DNA of 59,096 nucleotides from a virus (taxonomy: Duplodnaviria; Caudoviricetes), in IMG/VR virus record IMGVR_UViG_3300017782_000016, positions 1 through 59,096 of that record, one strand, 5' to 3'. Shown here piece after piece: positions 46,764 through 56,439 of this stretch (positions are counted from its first letter, which is position 1; each line of letters opens with the position of its first letter). A program made the translations under genes and the position numbers. The notes under the pieces are model-generated. The model had not been told where the DNA came from, ran no database searches, and saw only the letters and a list, made by a program, of their open reading frames with translations.

Positions 46764-47759
46764 ATGGAGTTAGATTTTACAAAGAAAATTTTAGAGATGT
46801 TCGCGAGTCGCCCTGGACCTAAGAGCGGTGCACAAACACCTTCTAAGCCAGAAGAGCGAAAAAAGGGATCTTCTAAAAACGAACCTGGTTCGGCAGGCAC
46901 ATCTCCAAACTCCAAAGAAAAATCGAAAAAAATCCTAAAGAGACAGGACGATAAGACATTAATAAAAGAATCACAAGCTAAAATTACTTTTAGTGAAAAA
47001 GTCACAAACTCTTTAAAGAAAAAAGTAAAAGAGCACAACGAAAAACACTCCAGAAAAGTGACTCTGGGTATGCTTAAAAAAGTTTATCGAAGAGGGGCTG
47101 GCGCTTTTTCGGGTTCTCATAGACCTGGGCAGTCACGTGCGTCTTGGGCTATGGCTCGCGTTAACACCTTCCTTAGAATGATGAGAGGTGGAAAAGTCAA
47201 AGATTCTTACAGAAAAGCCGATTCAGATATTGCTCGAGCATCTGATGAGGCGATTGCAAGTTTGCCAGATAACTTTGATGTTTGGTCGCCTTCTGATTTC
47301 GATGCACAAAGAGACACTACAAAGATAGAATGGTCACTAGCTCGCATCGACTTATTAGCTTCTGGTTCAACATTGGACGAGATTCTAGAATCAGATTTTT
47401 GTTTCGATGAGGAAGTAGCAGAAGCAAAAGAAAAAAAAACCCTAAATAAACCGTTTAGATTAAAAGACGGCAAAAAGAAATTTGGCGTATACGTCAAAAA
47501 TGACAAAGGTAATGTTGTTATGGTAAAATTTGGCGACCCAAATATGGAAATCAAAAGAGATGATCCAGAGCGTCGCAAGTCTTTCAGAGCTCGCCACAAA
47601 TGTGACACAAACCCAGGCCCCAAATATAAAGCGAGATATTGGTCTTGTAGACAATGGCAATCTGGTAAAAAGGTAGAAGCAGAACTTGAGTCTAACGCTA
47701 GTTTATTAGATATAGACCCAAATTTAGTTTATGCAGAAATAGTTGAAGATATGGATTGA
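46764..47759 (+). CDS. Modular basic protein with MELDFT tag (DUF5824-like and DUF6321-like modules)
   Basis: LKKVYRRGAGAF..SHRPG..WAMARVN and LNKPFR..KKFGVYVK..VKFGD..SFRARHKC..ARYWSC segments recognised from memory. Confidence 0.65.
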   Translation: MELDFTKKILEMFASRPGPKSGAQTPSKPEERKKGSSKNEPGSAGTSPNSKEKSKKILKRQDDKTLIKESQAKITFSEKVTNSLKKKVKEHNEKHSRKVTLGMLKKVYRRGAGAFSGSHRPGQSRASWAMARVNTFLRMMRGGKVKDSYRKADSDIARASDEAIASLPDNFDVWSPSDFDAQRDTTKIEWSLARIDLLASGSTLDEILESDFCFDEEVAEAKEKKTLNKPFRLKDGKKKFGVYVKNDKGNVVMVKFGDPNMEIKRDDPERRKSFRARHKCDTNPGPKYKARYWSCRQWQSGKKVEAELESNASLLDIDPNLVYAEIVEDMD

Positions 47760-47783
47760 TTTTTTTATTATGCGGTTTAGTAT
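47756..47783 (+). promoter_or_regulatory. Sigma70-type promoter for glycosylation operon, leaderless
   Basis: TTGATT-N16-TAGTAT; second ATG (47790) lies 6 nt after the -10. Confidence 0.5.
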
Positions 47784-47786
47784 CGC

Positions 47787-48677
47787 ATGATGAAAGTTTT
47801 ATTTGTATCTGATTTTGCTAGTGATAAACCAGGAGGAGCTCAATTAAGTAATCGTAAGATTATTGAAAAAGGTCGTGATTTGGGTTTTGATATTACTGAA
47901 TTAAACATAAACTCAAGCAGATTACCATTATCTTTTCAATATGATGTTGTTATAACTTCTAATTTTGATTGGTTTTTAAAAGAACCAGACATTAATTTTA
48001 TTTTTGATAAGATTACAGAACACTCGTGTCACGTTAGATACGAACACGATTCCTGCACTTATTTCGCTCCACAAATAAGAAAAAAATTTATGGAATCGGT
48101 CAAATTAAATCTTTTTCTATCTGATTTCCATTTACAGTTTTTTCAAAATGATTACGGTGATTTATATCACAACAATGCTATCATTTACGATCCGATAGAC
48201 ACAAAGATATTTAAAACTAAAGATGTAGAAAAAGAGTATGATTACATCTACTGTGGTTATGTACATCCCTTAAAAGGTTTTTTAAACTATGCCAGATTGG
48301 TAGAACAAAATCCAGATAAAAAGTTTTGTTTAATAGGTTGGAGCGATGATAGTTCCCACGATCATTTTAGACACCACAATTTTAATTTACAAAAATTTCT
48401 AGAAAACAATAAGAATTTAACTTTGTTGAATTATCAGACACAAGAAAAGGTAGCTGAATATTTTCAAAAAAGTAAAAAGATATTTCACAAACCAATGGTC
48501 AACGAGCCTTTTTGCAGAATGGTTGCTGAAGCACTTTTGTGTGGTTGTGAATTTGAAGGTAATAAAAATACAATCGGTAGCTATTTAGAATACAATAAAC
48601 ATGGCGCAGAGGCTTTTAAAGAAGGATGTAAAAACGCTGCAGATTTATTTTGGGCGCAAATTAAGGAAAATCTATGA
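47787..48677 (+). CDS. GT-B (GT4-like) glycosyltransferase
   Basis: GGAQ N-terminal loop; HPLKG; EPFCRMVAEALLCG. Confidence 0.85.
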   Translation: MMKVLFVSDFASDKPGGAQLSNRKIIEKGRDLGFDITELNINSSRLPLSFQYDVVITSNFDWFLKEPDINFIFDKITEHSCHVRYEHDSCTYFAPQIRKKFMESVKLNLFLSDFHLQFFQNDYGDLYHNNAIIYDPIDTKIFKTKDVEKEYDYIYCGYVHPLKGFLNYARLVEQNPDKKFCLIGWSDDSSHDHFRHHNFNLQKFLENNKNLTLLNYQTQEKVAEYFQKSKKIFHKPMVNEPFCRMVAEALLCGCEFEGNKNTIGSYLEYNKHGAEAFKEGCKNAADLFWAQIKENL

Positions 48678-49360
48678 AGATATCTATAATCTGTTCTGTA
48701 TACAACGCCTCAAAATATTTAATAAATTATTTAAATATGGCAAACGATCAACTTTTAAAAGAATTTGAAATTATTTTTGTTGACGCCAACTCTACAGATA
48801 ATTCTTTAGATTTAATTGAGTCTTTTAAATTTAGAAACGGTATTGAGGTTAAAATACTTCCGCAAAAAGAAAGGGTTACAATATACGATGCTTGGAATAT
48901 AGCTATTAAAGAATCAACTTGCCACTATGTTATGAATTGGAATACGGATGATTTACTATTTCCAAATGCATTACTCACCTATCAGAATTACATTAAATCT
49001 TTTCCAGACGTTGATGTATTTTATAGTCCCTGTGGCATAGTAAATAAGCATTCTTTCGATGCGTACACAGGAATTAGTAACTGGCCTCAATATAGTCACG
49101 ATACGCTACTACAATTATGTATATGTGGGCCATTCCCACTACTAAGAAAGTCTGCAGTAGAAGCTTGTGGATATTTTAACCCAAAATATATTTCTTCTGG
49201 AGATTACGAAATGTGGCTAAAGCTTTCTAAAAATAAATACACATTTAAAAAAATACCAGATATCATAGGTTCTTTTTTATACAGAGCTGATTCCACATCA
49301 AATCAAAAAATTAAAGAAGCACAAAAAGAAGATTTAGAGATACAAGAATTATACCGATGA
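48674..49360 (+). CDS. GT2 glycosyltransferase
   Basis: ISIICSVYN, EIIFVDANSTD, NTDD, GDYEMWL. Confidence 0.92.
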   Translation: MKISIICSVYNASKYLINYLNMANDQLLKEFEIIFVDANSTDNSLDLIESFKFRNGIEVKILPQKERVTIYDAWNIAIKESTCHYVMNWNTDDLLFPNALLTYQNYIKSFPDVDVFYSPCGIVNKHSFDAYTGISNWPQYSHDTLLQLCICGPFPLLRKSAVEACGYFNPKYISSGDYEMWLKLSKNKYTFKKIPDIIGSFLYRADSTSNQKIKEAQKEDLEIQELYR

Positions 49361-50040
49361 AAAAAATAATATCATTTAGTTTGTGGGGAGACAACCCAAG
49401 ATATACTTTAGGAGCTATTAGAAATTGTGAGTTAGCATTAAAAATTTATCCAGATTGGATTTGTCGATTTCATGTTGGGTTAAGTACACCCAAAGATATC
49501 ATAGATTGTTTAGATGATTTTCCAAATTCAGAAATCCTTATGAAAGAAGATGAAGGAAATTGGACAGGTATGTTTTGGAGATTCGAAGATGCATCAGACC
49601 CAACTGTAGATGTCATGATATCTAGAGATTGTGACAGTAGATTAACATTAAGAGAAAAAAATGCAGTAGATGAATGGTTGAATAGTGGTGAATATTTTCA
49701 CATTATGAGGGACAATATAGCCCACGCTACACAAATTCTTGGAGGTATGTGGGGCGTAAGAGATGGATTTTTAAAAAACATTCATAATATGATAGAAGAA
49801 TATTCGAAAGGTAATTTTTGGCAGGTGGATCAAAACTTTCTTAGAGAAAAAATATATCCAATAGTTAAAGATAATTGTTATGTTCATACTGAATTAGTAA
49901 AAATGATGGGAGAAAACTCTTTTTCTTTTAGTGATGAAAGAGATCCACAACACTTTATAGGTCAAGCTTATGATGGTAATGACAAAATATTAGACCAAGA
50001 TGATTATTTTATAGATAGATTATATGAAAGTACACACTAA
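49357..50040 (+). CDS. Putative GT-A glycosyltransferase (KKIISFSLWG family)
   Basis: MFWRF, ISRDCDSRL (DxD), ILGGMWG, DQNFL; cluster context. Confidence 0.6.
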   Translation: MKKIISFSLWGDNPRYTLGAIRNCELALKIYPDWICRFHVGLSTPKDIIDCLDDFPNSEILMKEDEGNWTGMFWRFEDASDPTVDVMISRDCDSRLTLREKNAVDEWLNSGEYFHIMRDNIAHATQILGGMWGVRDGFLKNIHNMIEEYSKGNFWQVDQNFLREKIYPIVKDNCYVHTELVKMMGENSFSFSDERDPQHFIGQAYDGNDKILDQDDYFIDRLYESTH

Positions 50041-50851
50041 CACAATATTCAAAAACGAAGCAGTTTTATTAAAAGAAGTTTTACCTATATGGGAAAAATA
50101 TCCAGTAGATAAGTTTGTCTTTTATGATGATAACTCTACGGACGAAAGTGTAGATATAATCAAAGAAATACTTGAAGATAGGTGTGTTATACTGAATAAT
50201 AATCTAAAGGATTTCCACGAATCACATCACCGATCTACTATTTTAGAATATAGTAGAGAAAATAATGCAACACACGTAGTTTCAATAGACTGTGATGAGC
50301 TTTTATCTACTAATCTTCTACAGAATTTTAATGAAATTGTTTCTACGTGTGATAAATATAACCTACATTTATATCAATACAATGTAGTTAACGGTCTAGA
50401 TTTTTATAGACAAGATCCAGCTTACGAAAACAATTATAGGAATTTTATTATATCACTGAAAAAAACCCATAAGTTTGACACCAGTCAATCTAAATTTCAC
50501 ACACCCAGAATACCAAAAGTTAATTTAGTGCCAGTAATGTTAAAAGATGCTGGCTTCATACATCTACAAGCCATCAATAGAAAATTTTACGCCCTAAAAC
50601 AATTATGGTATAAACATTACGAATACAGAAATTATGATCACACAATCGGCCAAATTAATCAAAGATATGACCCAGTGGTCAATGGTTTAAATTTTAAACC
50701 AGTTACAACACCAAAAAATATTATTGACGGTATAAAATTTGACATTTCAATTTATGATAGTTTAGAGGAAATGAAAGGTTACAAGAAATACATCTTAGAA
50801 AAACCAGTAGATGAACTTATTACATTTGGCAAAGCTTATTTAGAACTATGA
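50024..50851 (+). CDS. GT2-like glycosyltransferase
   Basis: FKNEA, YDDNSTDES, IDCDE. Confidence 0.8.
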   Translation: MKVHTNTIFKNEAVLLKEVLPIWEKYPVDKFVFYDDNSTDESVDIIKEILEDRCVILNNNLKDFHESHHRSTILEYSRENNATHVVSIDCDELLSTNLLQNFNEIVSTCDKYNLHLYQYNVVNGLDFYRQDPAYENNYRNFIISLKKTHKFDTSQSKFHTPRIPKVNLVPVMLKDAGFIHLQAINRKFYALKQLWYKHYEYRNYDHTIGQINQRYDPVVNGLNFKPVTTPKNIIDGIKFDISIYDSLEEMKGYKKYILEKPVDELITFGKAYLEL

Positions 50852-51543
50852 ATTTAAATATATACCATCATCTAGGTTTAGGCGATCATTTTGATTGTAA
50901 CGGCATGGTACGACACTATGCTTCTAATTTTGACTATGACTCAATTGGCGTTTTTGCAAAGTCTAATTATTATGAAATGGTCAAGTATATGTATAGAGAT
51001 GATGAAAGAATTAATGTAATTAAGGTTGATAAAAACAATGAACAAGGTGGTGTACAAAAATATTTACTAGAAAATACAGGCCATCATTTTTTAAAGGTTG
51101 GTCACGAACATTACAAAAACCAAGAAAATAAAAATTGTTGGGAAATATTTTACGAACAAGTGGACTTACCATTAGAAACTAGATATGAAAAATTCCATGT
51201 AGAAAGAGATAAGGAGGCAGAAGATTTACTTTATCAAGAACTTACCAACAACGAACCATATATTTTTGTTCACGATGATCCATCTCGTGGTTTTACTTTA
51301 GATAGATCTCATATAGAAAACAAAGATATTAGAATTATTGAAAATGATGTATCTAAAAATATTTTTTATTTTATAAAAATTATAGAAAACGCAGAAGAAA
51401 TACATTGTATGGAAAGCTCTTTTAAAACATTAATAGATATTTATGCTAAACAAGAAAAATTATTTTTTCATAACTTTAGGAACCACCCACTTGGGACTCA
51501 AAGCAACAAAAATTGGAAAACAGTAAATTATGAAACAAAATAA
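50848..51543 (+). CDS. Putative GT-B glycosyltransferase-like protein
   Basis: HHLGLGD N-terminal loop; IIENAEEIHCMESSF; cluster context. Confidence 0.55.
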   Translation: MNLNIYHHLGLGDHFDCNGMVRHYASNFDYDSIGVFAKSNYYEMVKYMYRDDERINVIKVDKNNEQGGVQKYLLENTGHHFLKVGHEHYKNQENKNCWEIFYEQVDLPLETRYEKFHVERDKEAEDLLYQELTNNEPYIFVHDDPSRGFTLDRSHIENKDIRIIENDVSKNIFYFIKIIENAEEIHCMESSFKTLIDIYAKQEKLFFHNFRNHPLGTQSNKNWKTVNYETK

Positions 51544-52162
51544 ACCATGGTCTTTAACAGAAGTGGCTAACGCTCATAAGTATTTTTCGGAATCTGATCA
51601 AAATGATCCAGTGCATCATCACGATATTTTTGCTGGTTTTTTAAAAACCAAAAAGAATCCTAAAGTTTTAGACATAGGATGTGGAAATTCTAGAGTCTTA
51701 AATAGTATTTCACATTATTCTAAATACCTTGGCGTAGATTTGTGCGAAGATTTAATTACATCTTGTAATAAAAGATTTAAAGATAATACTGAGGTGAGTT
51801 TTTTAGCAATGGATATAGAATCTGATGACTGGCCAAAAGAAATAAAAGAATATAATGTAGCGTATTTAGATAGCACTTTTACAATGATGGAAAATCCAGA
51901 TTTATTATTTAAAAGGTTAATAAAAACTTTTGAAACTATTTTTTTTAATAGAACTCGCATTTATCGAAATTATGATAATATTGAAATGATAAAAACAAAT
52001 CATCGTTGGGCGGGTATGAAAGAAATGTCCCCATTATGGAAGTTTGGGCCACAATATTTTATAAATTTTTGTGATTCTTACGGAGGCGGGTGTGCAGCTT
52101 ACGCAGAAGATATTGTGATTTACGAACAAAACAAAAAATTTGAGCGATTTTTAAAGGTATGA
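51530..52162 (+). CDS. Class I SAM-dependent methyltransferase
   Basis: VLDIGCGN, YLGVD. Confidence 0.88.
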   Translation: MKQNKPWSLTEVANAHKYFSESDQNDPVHHHDIFAGFLKTKKNPKVLDIGCGNSRVLNSISHYSKYLGVDLCEDLITSCNKRFKDNTEVSFLAMDIESDDWPKEIKEYNVAYLDSTFTMMENPDLLFKRLIKTFETIFFNRTRIYRNYDNIEMIKTNHRWAGMKEMSPLWKFGPQYFINFCDSYGGGCAAYAEDIVIYEQNKKFERFLKV

Positions 52163-53016
52163 GTAATTTAAAATTTATTAACTATAACTGGTATGGAACA
52201 ATCGCTGATCATTGTGTGGATTTTACAGAGCAAGAATACATTGATTGTGGGGTAACTAAATTACATAATAAAAATTTAATCCCAGAAAATGTAAAAGAAA
52301 ACGATATTATCTTTGTTAAGGTAGATTATATATATAATGGCCTTTTTCAAAGTGAGTTTTTACCCAGAATATCCAATAAATTTTACTTAATCACAGCAAA
52401 CTCTTCTTACGATGTTACCAAAGGAGCAAACATCACAAGTATTATTTCTAATAAATTTTTACAAAAATGGTATTGTACAAACGCCCCACAAGATTTAAGC
52501 GATAAAATAGTCCCTATACCAATCGGATTCGAGGAAAAAGAAAGGTTTGGTGGTGATCAAGACATAATAGATAAATGCTTTAAAAATAAAAAACCATATA
52601 GCGAAAAAAAAGATAAGATACTTCTGCCATATCATAATGTTTCAACAAACTCAGAAAGAGCTGCTAATGTAAAATATTTATCTTCTCTACATCACGTCGA
52701 TGTACAAACAGAAAAACTACCTTTTGAAGATTACCTTAATTTACTAAATGAATACAAGTATGTTATTTGTTTAGAGGGTGCTGGTCAAGATTTACATAGA
52801 TTTTATGAAACCTTACTAGTTGGTTCAGTGCCGATAGGTATTAAAAACTCTATTGAATTTTTATTTAAATACTGGGATTTACCTGGACATTTTGTGCGTA
52901 AATGGTATATTGATCAAATGTGGGTTGACATATTTAAAAAAGAACATACATTTAAAAATGTAGAAAATTTTCTTACAATAGAACATCACACAAAAAATAT
53001 TAAAAATGAAAGTTGA
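52159..53016 (+). CDS. Exostosin (GT47)-like glycosyltransferase
   Basis: YKYVICLEGAGQDLHRFYETLLVGSVPI matches the F.L.P.G...T.R..EAL..G.VP pattern. Confidence 0.65.
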   Translation: MSNLKFINYNWYGTIADHCVDFTEQEYIDCGVTKLHNKNLIPENVKENDIIFVKVDYIYNGLFQSEFLPRISNKFYLITANSSYDVTKGANITSIISNKFLQKWYCTNAPQDLSDKIVPIPIGFEEKERFGGDQDIIDKCFKNKKPYSEKKDKILLPYHNVSTNSERAANVKYLSSLHHVDVQTEKLPFEDYLNLLNEYKYVICLEGAGQDLHRFYETLLVGSVPIGIKNSIEFLFKYWDLPGHFVRKWYIDQMWVDIFKKEHTFKNVENFLTIEHHTKNIKNES

Positions 53017-53401
53017 AGTAGCAATAGGAGAAATATTTGACAAGATTACAATCTTGGATATTAAACTAAAAAGAATTACAGATCAAGCTAGACTAGATTT
53101 TGTTAGAACTGAAAGAGTGGCATTAGCAGACGCTTTATTTGAAGAGGGTGTCGTTATGCAAGACGAGTTATACGCAGAACTAAAAAGCATCAATACTAAA
53201 ATATGGGACACCGAAGCTGGTTTTAGAGAAAAGGAAGCCAAAAAAGAATTTGATGATGAGTTTATAGAATTTGCTAGATTAAATGCAAAATACAACGATG
53301 AAAGATTTGTAGTAAAAAATAAAATAAACACACACTACGAATCTAAAATTAGAGAACAAAAATCTTACGACGCCTTATATGAATCCGATAATTCAAATTG
53401 A
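53006..53401 (+). CDS. DUF6165-like protein
   Basis: GEIFDKITILDIK...IWDTE...NDERF..KNKIN...EQKSY. Confidence 0.75.
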   Translation: MKVEVAIGEIFDKITILDIKLKRITDQARLDFVRTERVALADALFEEGVVMQDELYAELKSINTKIWDTEAGFREKEAKKEFDDEFIEFARLNAKYNDERFVVKNKINTHYESKIREQKSYDALYESDNSN

Positions 53402-54473
53402 ACCTTGGATTGACAATAGTGAATTGATACAACTCAAAAAGGTTATCAAATCAACTTTTGTTTCTGAGCATAAATTAAACCAAGAGTTTGAAGATAAAAT
53501 TAAGAAAATTACTGGTTCAAAATATGCAGTTTCTATGACGAATGGAACTGCCGCAACTTTTTGCGCTTTAAAAGCTTTAGGTATTGGTAAAGGTGACGAA
53601 GTTATTGTTCCAAACATGACATTCATTGCTTCATCTAACGCTGTAATTTTTGCTGGCGCTACGCCCGTTTTATGTGACATAGAAGAAGATACGATGTGTA
53701 TGTGTCCTAAAGATCTTGCAAAAAGAATCACATCTAAAACTAAAGCTATAATGCCTGTACATCTGTACGGAAGAAGCTGTAACATGACTGAACTACGTAA
53801 GATAGCGGCCGCTAAAAAAATTAAAATTATCGAGGATGCTGCTCAAGGTATGGGAGTTCTTTATAGAGGTCAACACGTTGGAACATTTGGTCACGCTGGT
53901 ATTCTTTCTTTTTATGCAAACAAAACAATTACATGTGGAGAAGGTGGCGTTGTATTAGCCCCCAACAAAAGAGTCATAGAAGATTGTTACAAGATGAAAA
54001 ACCACGGTAGAGCAAAAAAGGGTGTATTTGTACACGAATCTATAGGTTTTAATTTTTCTTTTACCGAAATGCAAGCCGCTGTTGGCGTATCACAACTAAA
54101 CAAACTCAAAAGAGTTATAGCAAAAAAACAAAAGATTTATAATTTTTACAAAAAACATATTGATAACGAATACCTTATAGATATACCAATTAATAAAGAC
54201 ACAACACCAGTTCACTGGTTTAGTTCTTACTATACAGACCATAAAAAAAGCTTTATCAAACATATGAAAGACCACAACATACAAACTAGAGAGTTTTTCT
54301 ATCCATTGAATTTACAACCCTGTTACAAAAAAAGTAATCTAATTAAAATTAAGGATGATATGCCAGTAAGTAAAAAAGTTTTTGATCGTGGAATATCCTT
54401 ACCTTCTGCTTATAATATCTCTACCAATCAATTAAAATATGTTTGCGACACTATTAATAAATTTAAACCATGA
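53379..54473 (+). CDS. DegT/DnrJ/EryC1/StrS aminotransferase, GDP-perosamine synthase-like
   Basis: NGTAA, MPVHLYG, IEDAAQ, SFYANKTITCGEGG (catalytic Lys present). Confidence 0.88.
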   Translation: MNPIIQIEPWIDNSELIQLKKVIKSTFVSEHKLNQEFEDKIKKITGSKYAVSMTNGTAATFCALKALGIGKGDEVIVPNMTFIASSNAVIFAGATPVLCDIEEDTMCMCPKDLAKRITSKTKAIMPVHLYGRSCNMTELRKIAAAKKIKIIEDAAQGMGVLYRGQHVGTFGHAGILSFYANKTITCGEGGVVLAPNKRVIEDCYKMKNHGRAKKGVFVHESIGFNFSFTEMQAAVGVSQLNKLKRVIAKKQKIYNFYKKHIDNEYLIDIPINKDTTPVHWFSSYYTDHKKSFIKHMKDHNIQTREFFYPLNLQPCYKKSNLIKIKDDMPVSKKVFDRGISLPSAYNISTNQLKYVCDTINKFKP

Positions 54474-55624
54474 TTAAATTAGTTAAAGATACAATATCCA
54501 AAGATGAAATAAATAGCTTAATTAACTGGCTAGAGACCGACCCTAGATTAACTAAGGGCGATCTTACCGTTCAATACGAAAAACAGTGGTCTCAAAAAAT
54601 AGGTTGTAAACACTCTGTGTTTGTAAACTCTGGCTCGTCTGCTATTTTAATTTCCCTATATGCTTTAATTGCAAACGGTACACTTAAAAAGGGAGATAGT
54701 GTTATAGTTCCAGCTCTTGCTTGGGCTACGGATTTATCTCCAGTTGTTCAATTAGGATTAAAACCTATTTTGTGTGATTGTAATATGGAGAATTTATCAG
54801 TAGATCCGCACTACTTAAGATCTATTGTGTCAAACCATAAACCTAAAGCTTTAATATTAGTTTCAGTGCTAGGTTTAGTTCCAGATATGGATTTTATAGT
54901 TAATTTTTGTGAAGATAACGATATAGTTCTTATTGAAGATGCTTGCGAATCTTTGGGCTCTCAATATAAAGGTAAAAATTTAGGTAATTTTGGTTTGCTA
55001 TCTTGCTTTTCTACTTACTATGGGCATCACATTTCTACTATTGAAGGAGGCATGGTTTGCACTAATGACGATGAACTTTATAATTTATTAAAATCTTTAA
55101 GAAGCCATGGTTGGGACAGAGACATGGACCCAGAGTATTCTAAAGAGCTAAAAGAAACATTTAATATCAATGATGATTTTGATTCTTTATATAAATTTTA
55201 TTACTTTGGATTTAATCTTAGGTCTACAGATTTACAAGCTTTTATTGGTATCAATCAATTAGATAGGCTGTCAGATATTATTAGTAAAAGGAACTCTAAT
55301 TATAATCTATATCGTGATTTATTATCCGATTACCAGTGGCAACCACCAGCATCAACAGATGAAAATTACATATCTAATTTTGCGTACCCTATTATACATC
55401 CAAATAGAAACGAAATTATCAACAAGTTAAAGAAACAAAACATAGAATCAAGACCTTTAATTTGTGGGTCTATGGGTAAACAACCTTTTTGGATTAAAAA
55501 CTTTGGCTCTATTAGACTTCCTCACGCTGATCACATAAATGATTTTGGTTTGTACTTGCCCAATAATCATCAACTAGAAGAAGAAGAGATTAACCTCATA
55601 GCTGAAACAATTAAAGATATATGA
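54470..55624 (+). CDS. PLP-dependent 3-dehydratase, ColD/RfbH-like
   Basis: VNSGSSA, EDACES, STYYGHHISTIEGG (His in place of Lys), RSHGW. Confidence 0.82.
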   Translation: MIKLVKDTISKDEINSLINWLETDPRLTKGDLTVQYEKQWSQKIGCKHSVFVNSGSSAILISLYALIANGTLKKGDSVIVPALAWATDLSPVVQLGLKPILCDCNMENLSVDPHYLRSIVSNHKPKALILVSVLGLVPDMDFIVNFCEDNDIVLIEDACESLGSQYKGKNLGNFGLLSCFSTYYGHHISTIEGGMVCTNDDELYNLLKSLRSHGWDRDMDPEYSKELKETFNINDDFDSLYKFYYFGFNLRSTDLQAFIGINQLDRLSDIISKRNSNYNLYRDLLSDYQWQPPASTDENYISNFAYPIIHPNRNEIINKLKKQNIESRPLICGSMGKQPFWIKNFGSIRLPHADHINDFGLYLPNNHQLEEEEINLIAETIKDI

Positions 55625-56433
55625 AAATTTTAGTTACAGGCTCTTCTGGGTTTGTTGGCTCACACATAGTTCAACAACTAAGAGATTTAGGTTTTGATGT
55701 AGTACCACTAGATGTTAAAGTAAAACAGTATAACGTCTGTGATTATAATTATATTCGACCTTTGTTTATGGGTGTTGATTGTGTTTTGCATTTAGCCGCA
55801 GAGGTTAGAATACAAGATACACTGAAAGACCCAATACTAGCAGCAAAAACTAATGTTATGGGCACTGCTACGGTTTTAAGACTAGCTCAAGAACATGGCG
55901 TAAAAAGATTTGTGTTTAGCTCTACGGCTGCCGCCTACACAGATAATCCAAATCCATATTCTATTACAAAAATAGCTGGTGAAGAATATTGCAAAATGTA
56001 CACAAATTTATTTGGCTTACAAACTGTTATTTTAAGATACTTTAATATATACGGAGAGGGACAACCTACAAAAGGTCAATATGCTCCAGTAATGGGCATT
56101 TTCTTAGATCAAAAGAGAAACAACAAACCAATGACAATTGTTGGCGACGGGTCTCAACGCAGAGATTTTATACATGTATCTGATGTTGCTAAAGCTAATA
56201 TCGCTTGCTTAGATTTAGAAAACAAAGATATTGTTGGGAAAACATTTGACATAGGAACTGGCACAAGTCATTCTATATTAGATATAAAGAATATGATAGG
56301 TGGAAAACATATACACTTACCCGAAAGGAAAGCGGAAATCAAAAATTCGGTTGCTGACATAGAAAACACATTAGAACTTTTAGATTGGAAACCAGAAATA
56401 AAACTTGAAAACTGGATTAAACAAGTAATATAA
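55621..56433 (+). CDS. NAD-dependent nucleotide-sugar epimerase/dehydratase
   Basis: TGSSGFVG, YSITK, LRYFNIYG, GDGSQRRDFIHV. Confidence 0.92.
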   Translation: MKILVTGSSGFVGSHIVQQLRDLGFDVVPLDVKVKQYNVCDYNYIRPLFMGVDCVLHLAAEVRIQDTLKDPILAAKTNVMGTATVLRLAQEHGVKRFVFSSTAAAYTDNPNPYSITKIAGEEYCKMYTNLFGLQTVILRYFNIYGEGQPTKGQYAPVMGIFLDQKRNNKPMTIVGDGSQRRDFIHVSDVAKANIACLDLENKDIVGKTFDIGTGTSHSILDIKNMIGGKHIHLPERKAEIKNSVADIENTLELLDWKPEIKLENWIKQVI

Positions 56434-56439
56434 TTAAAG

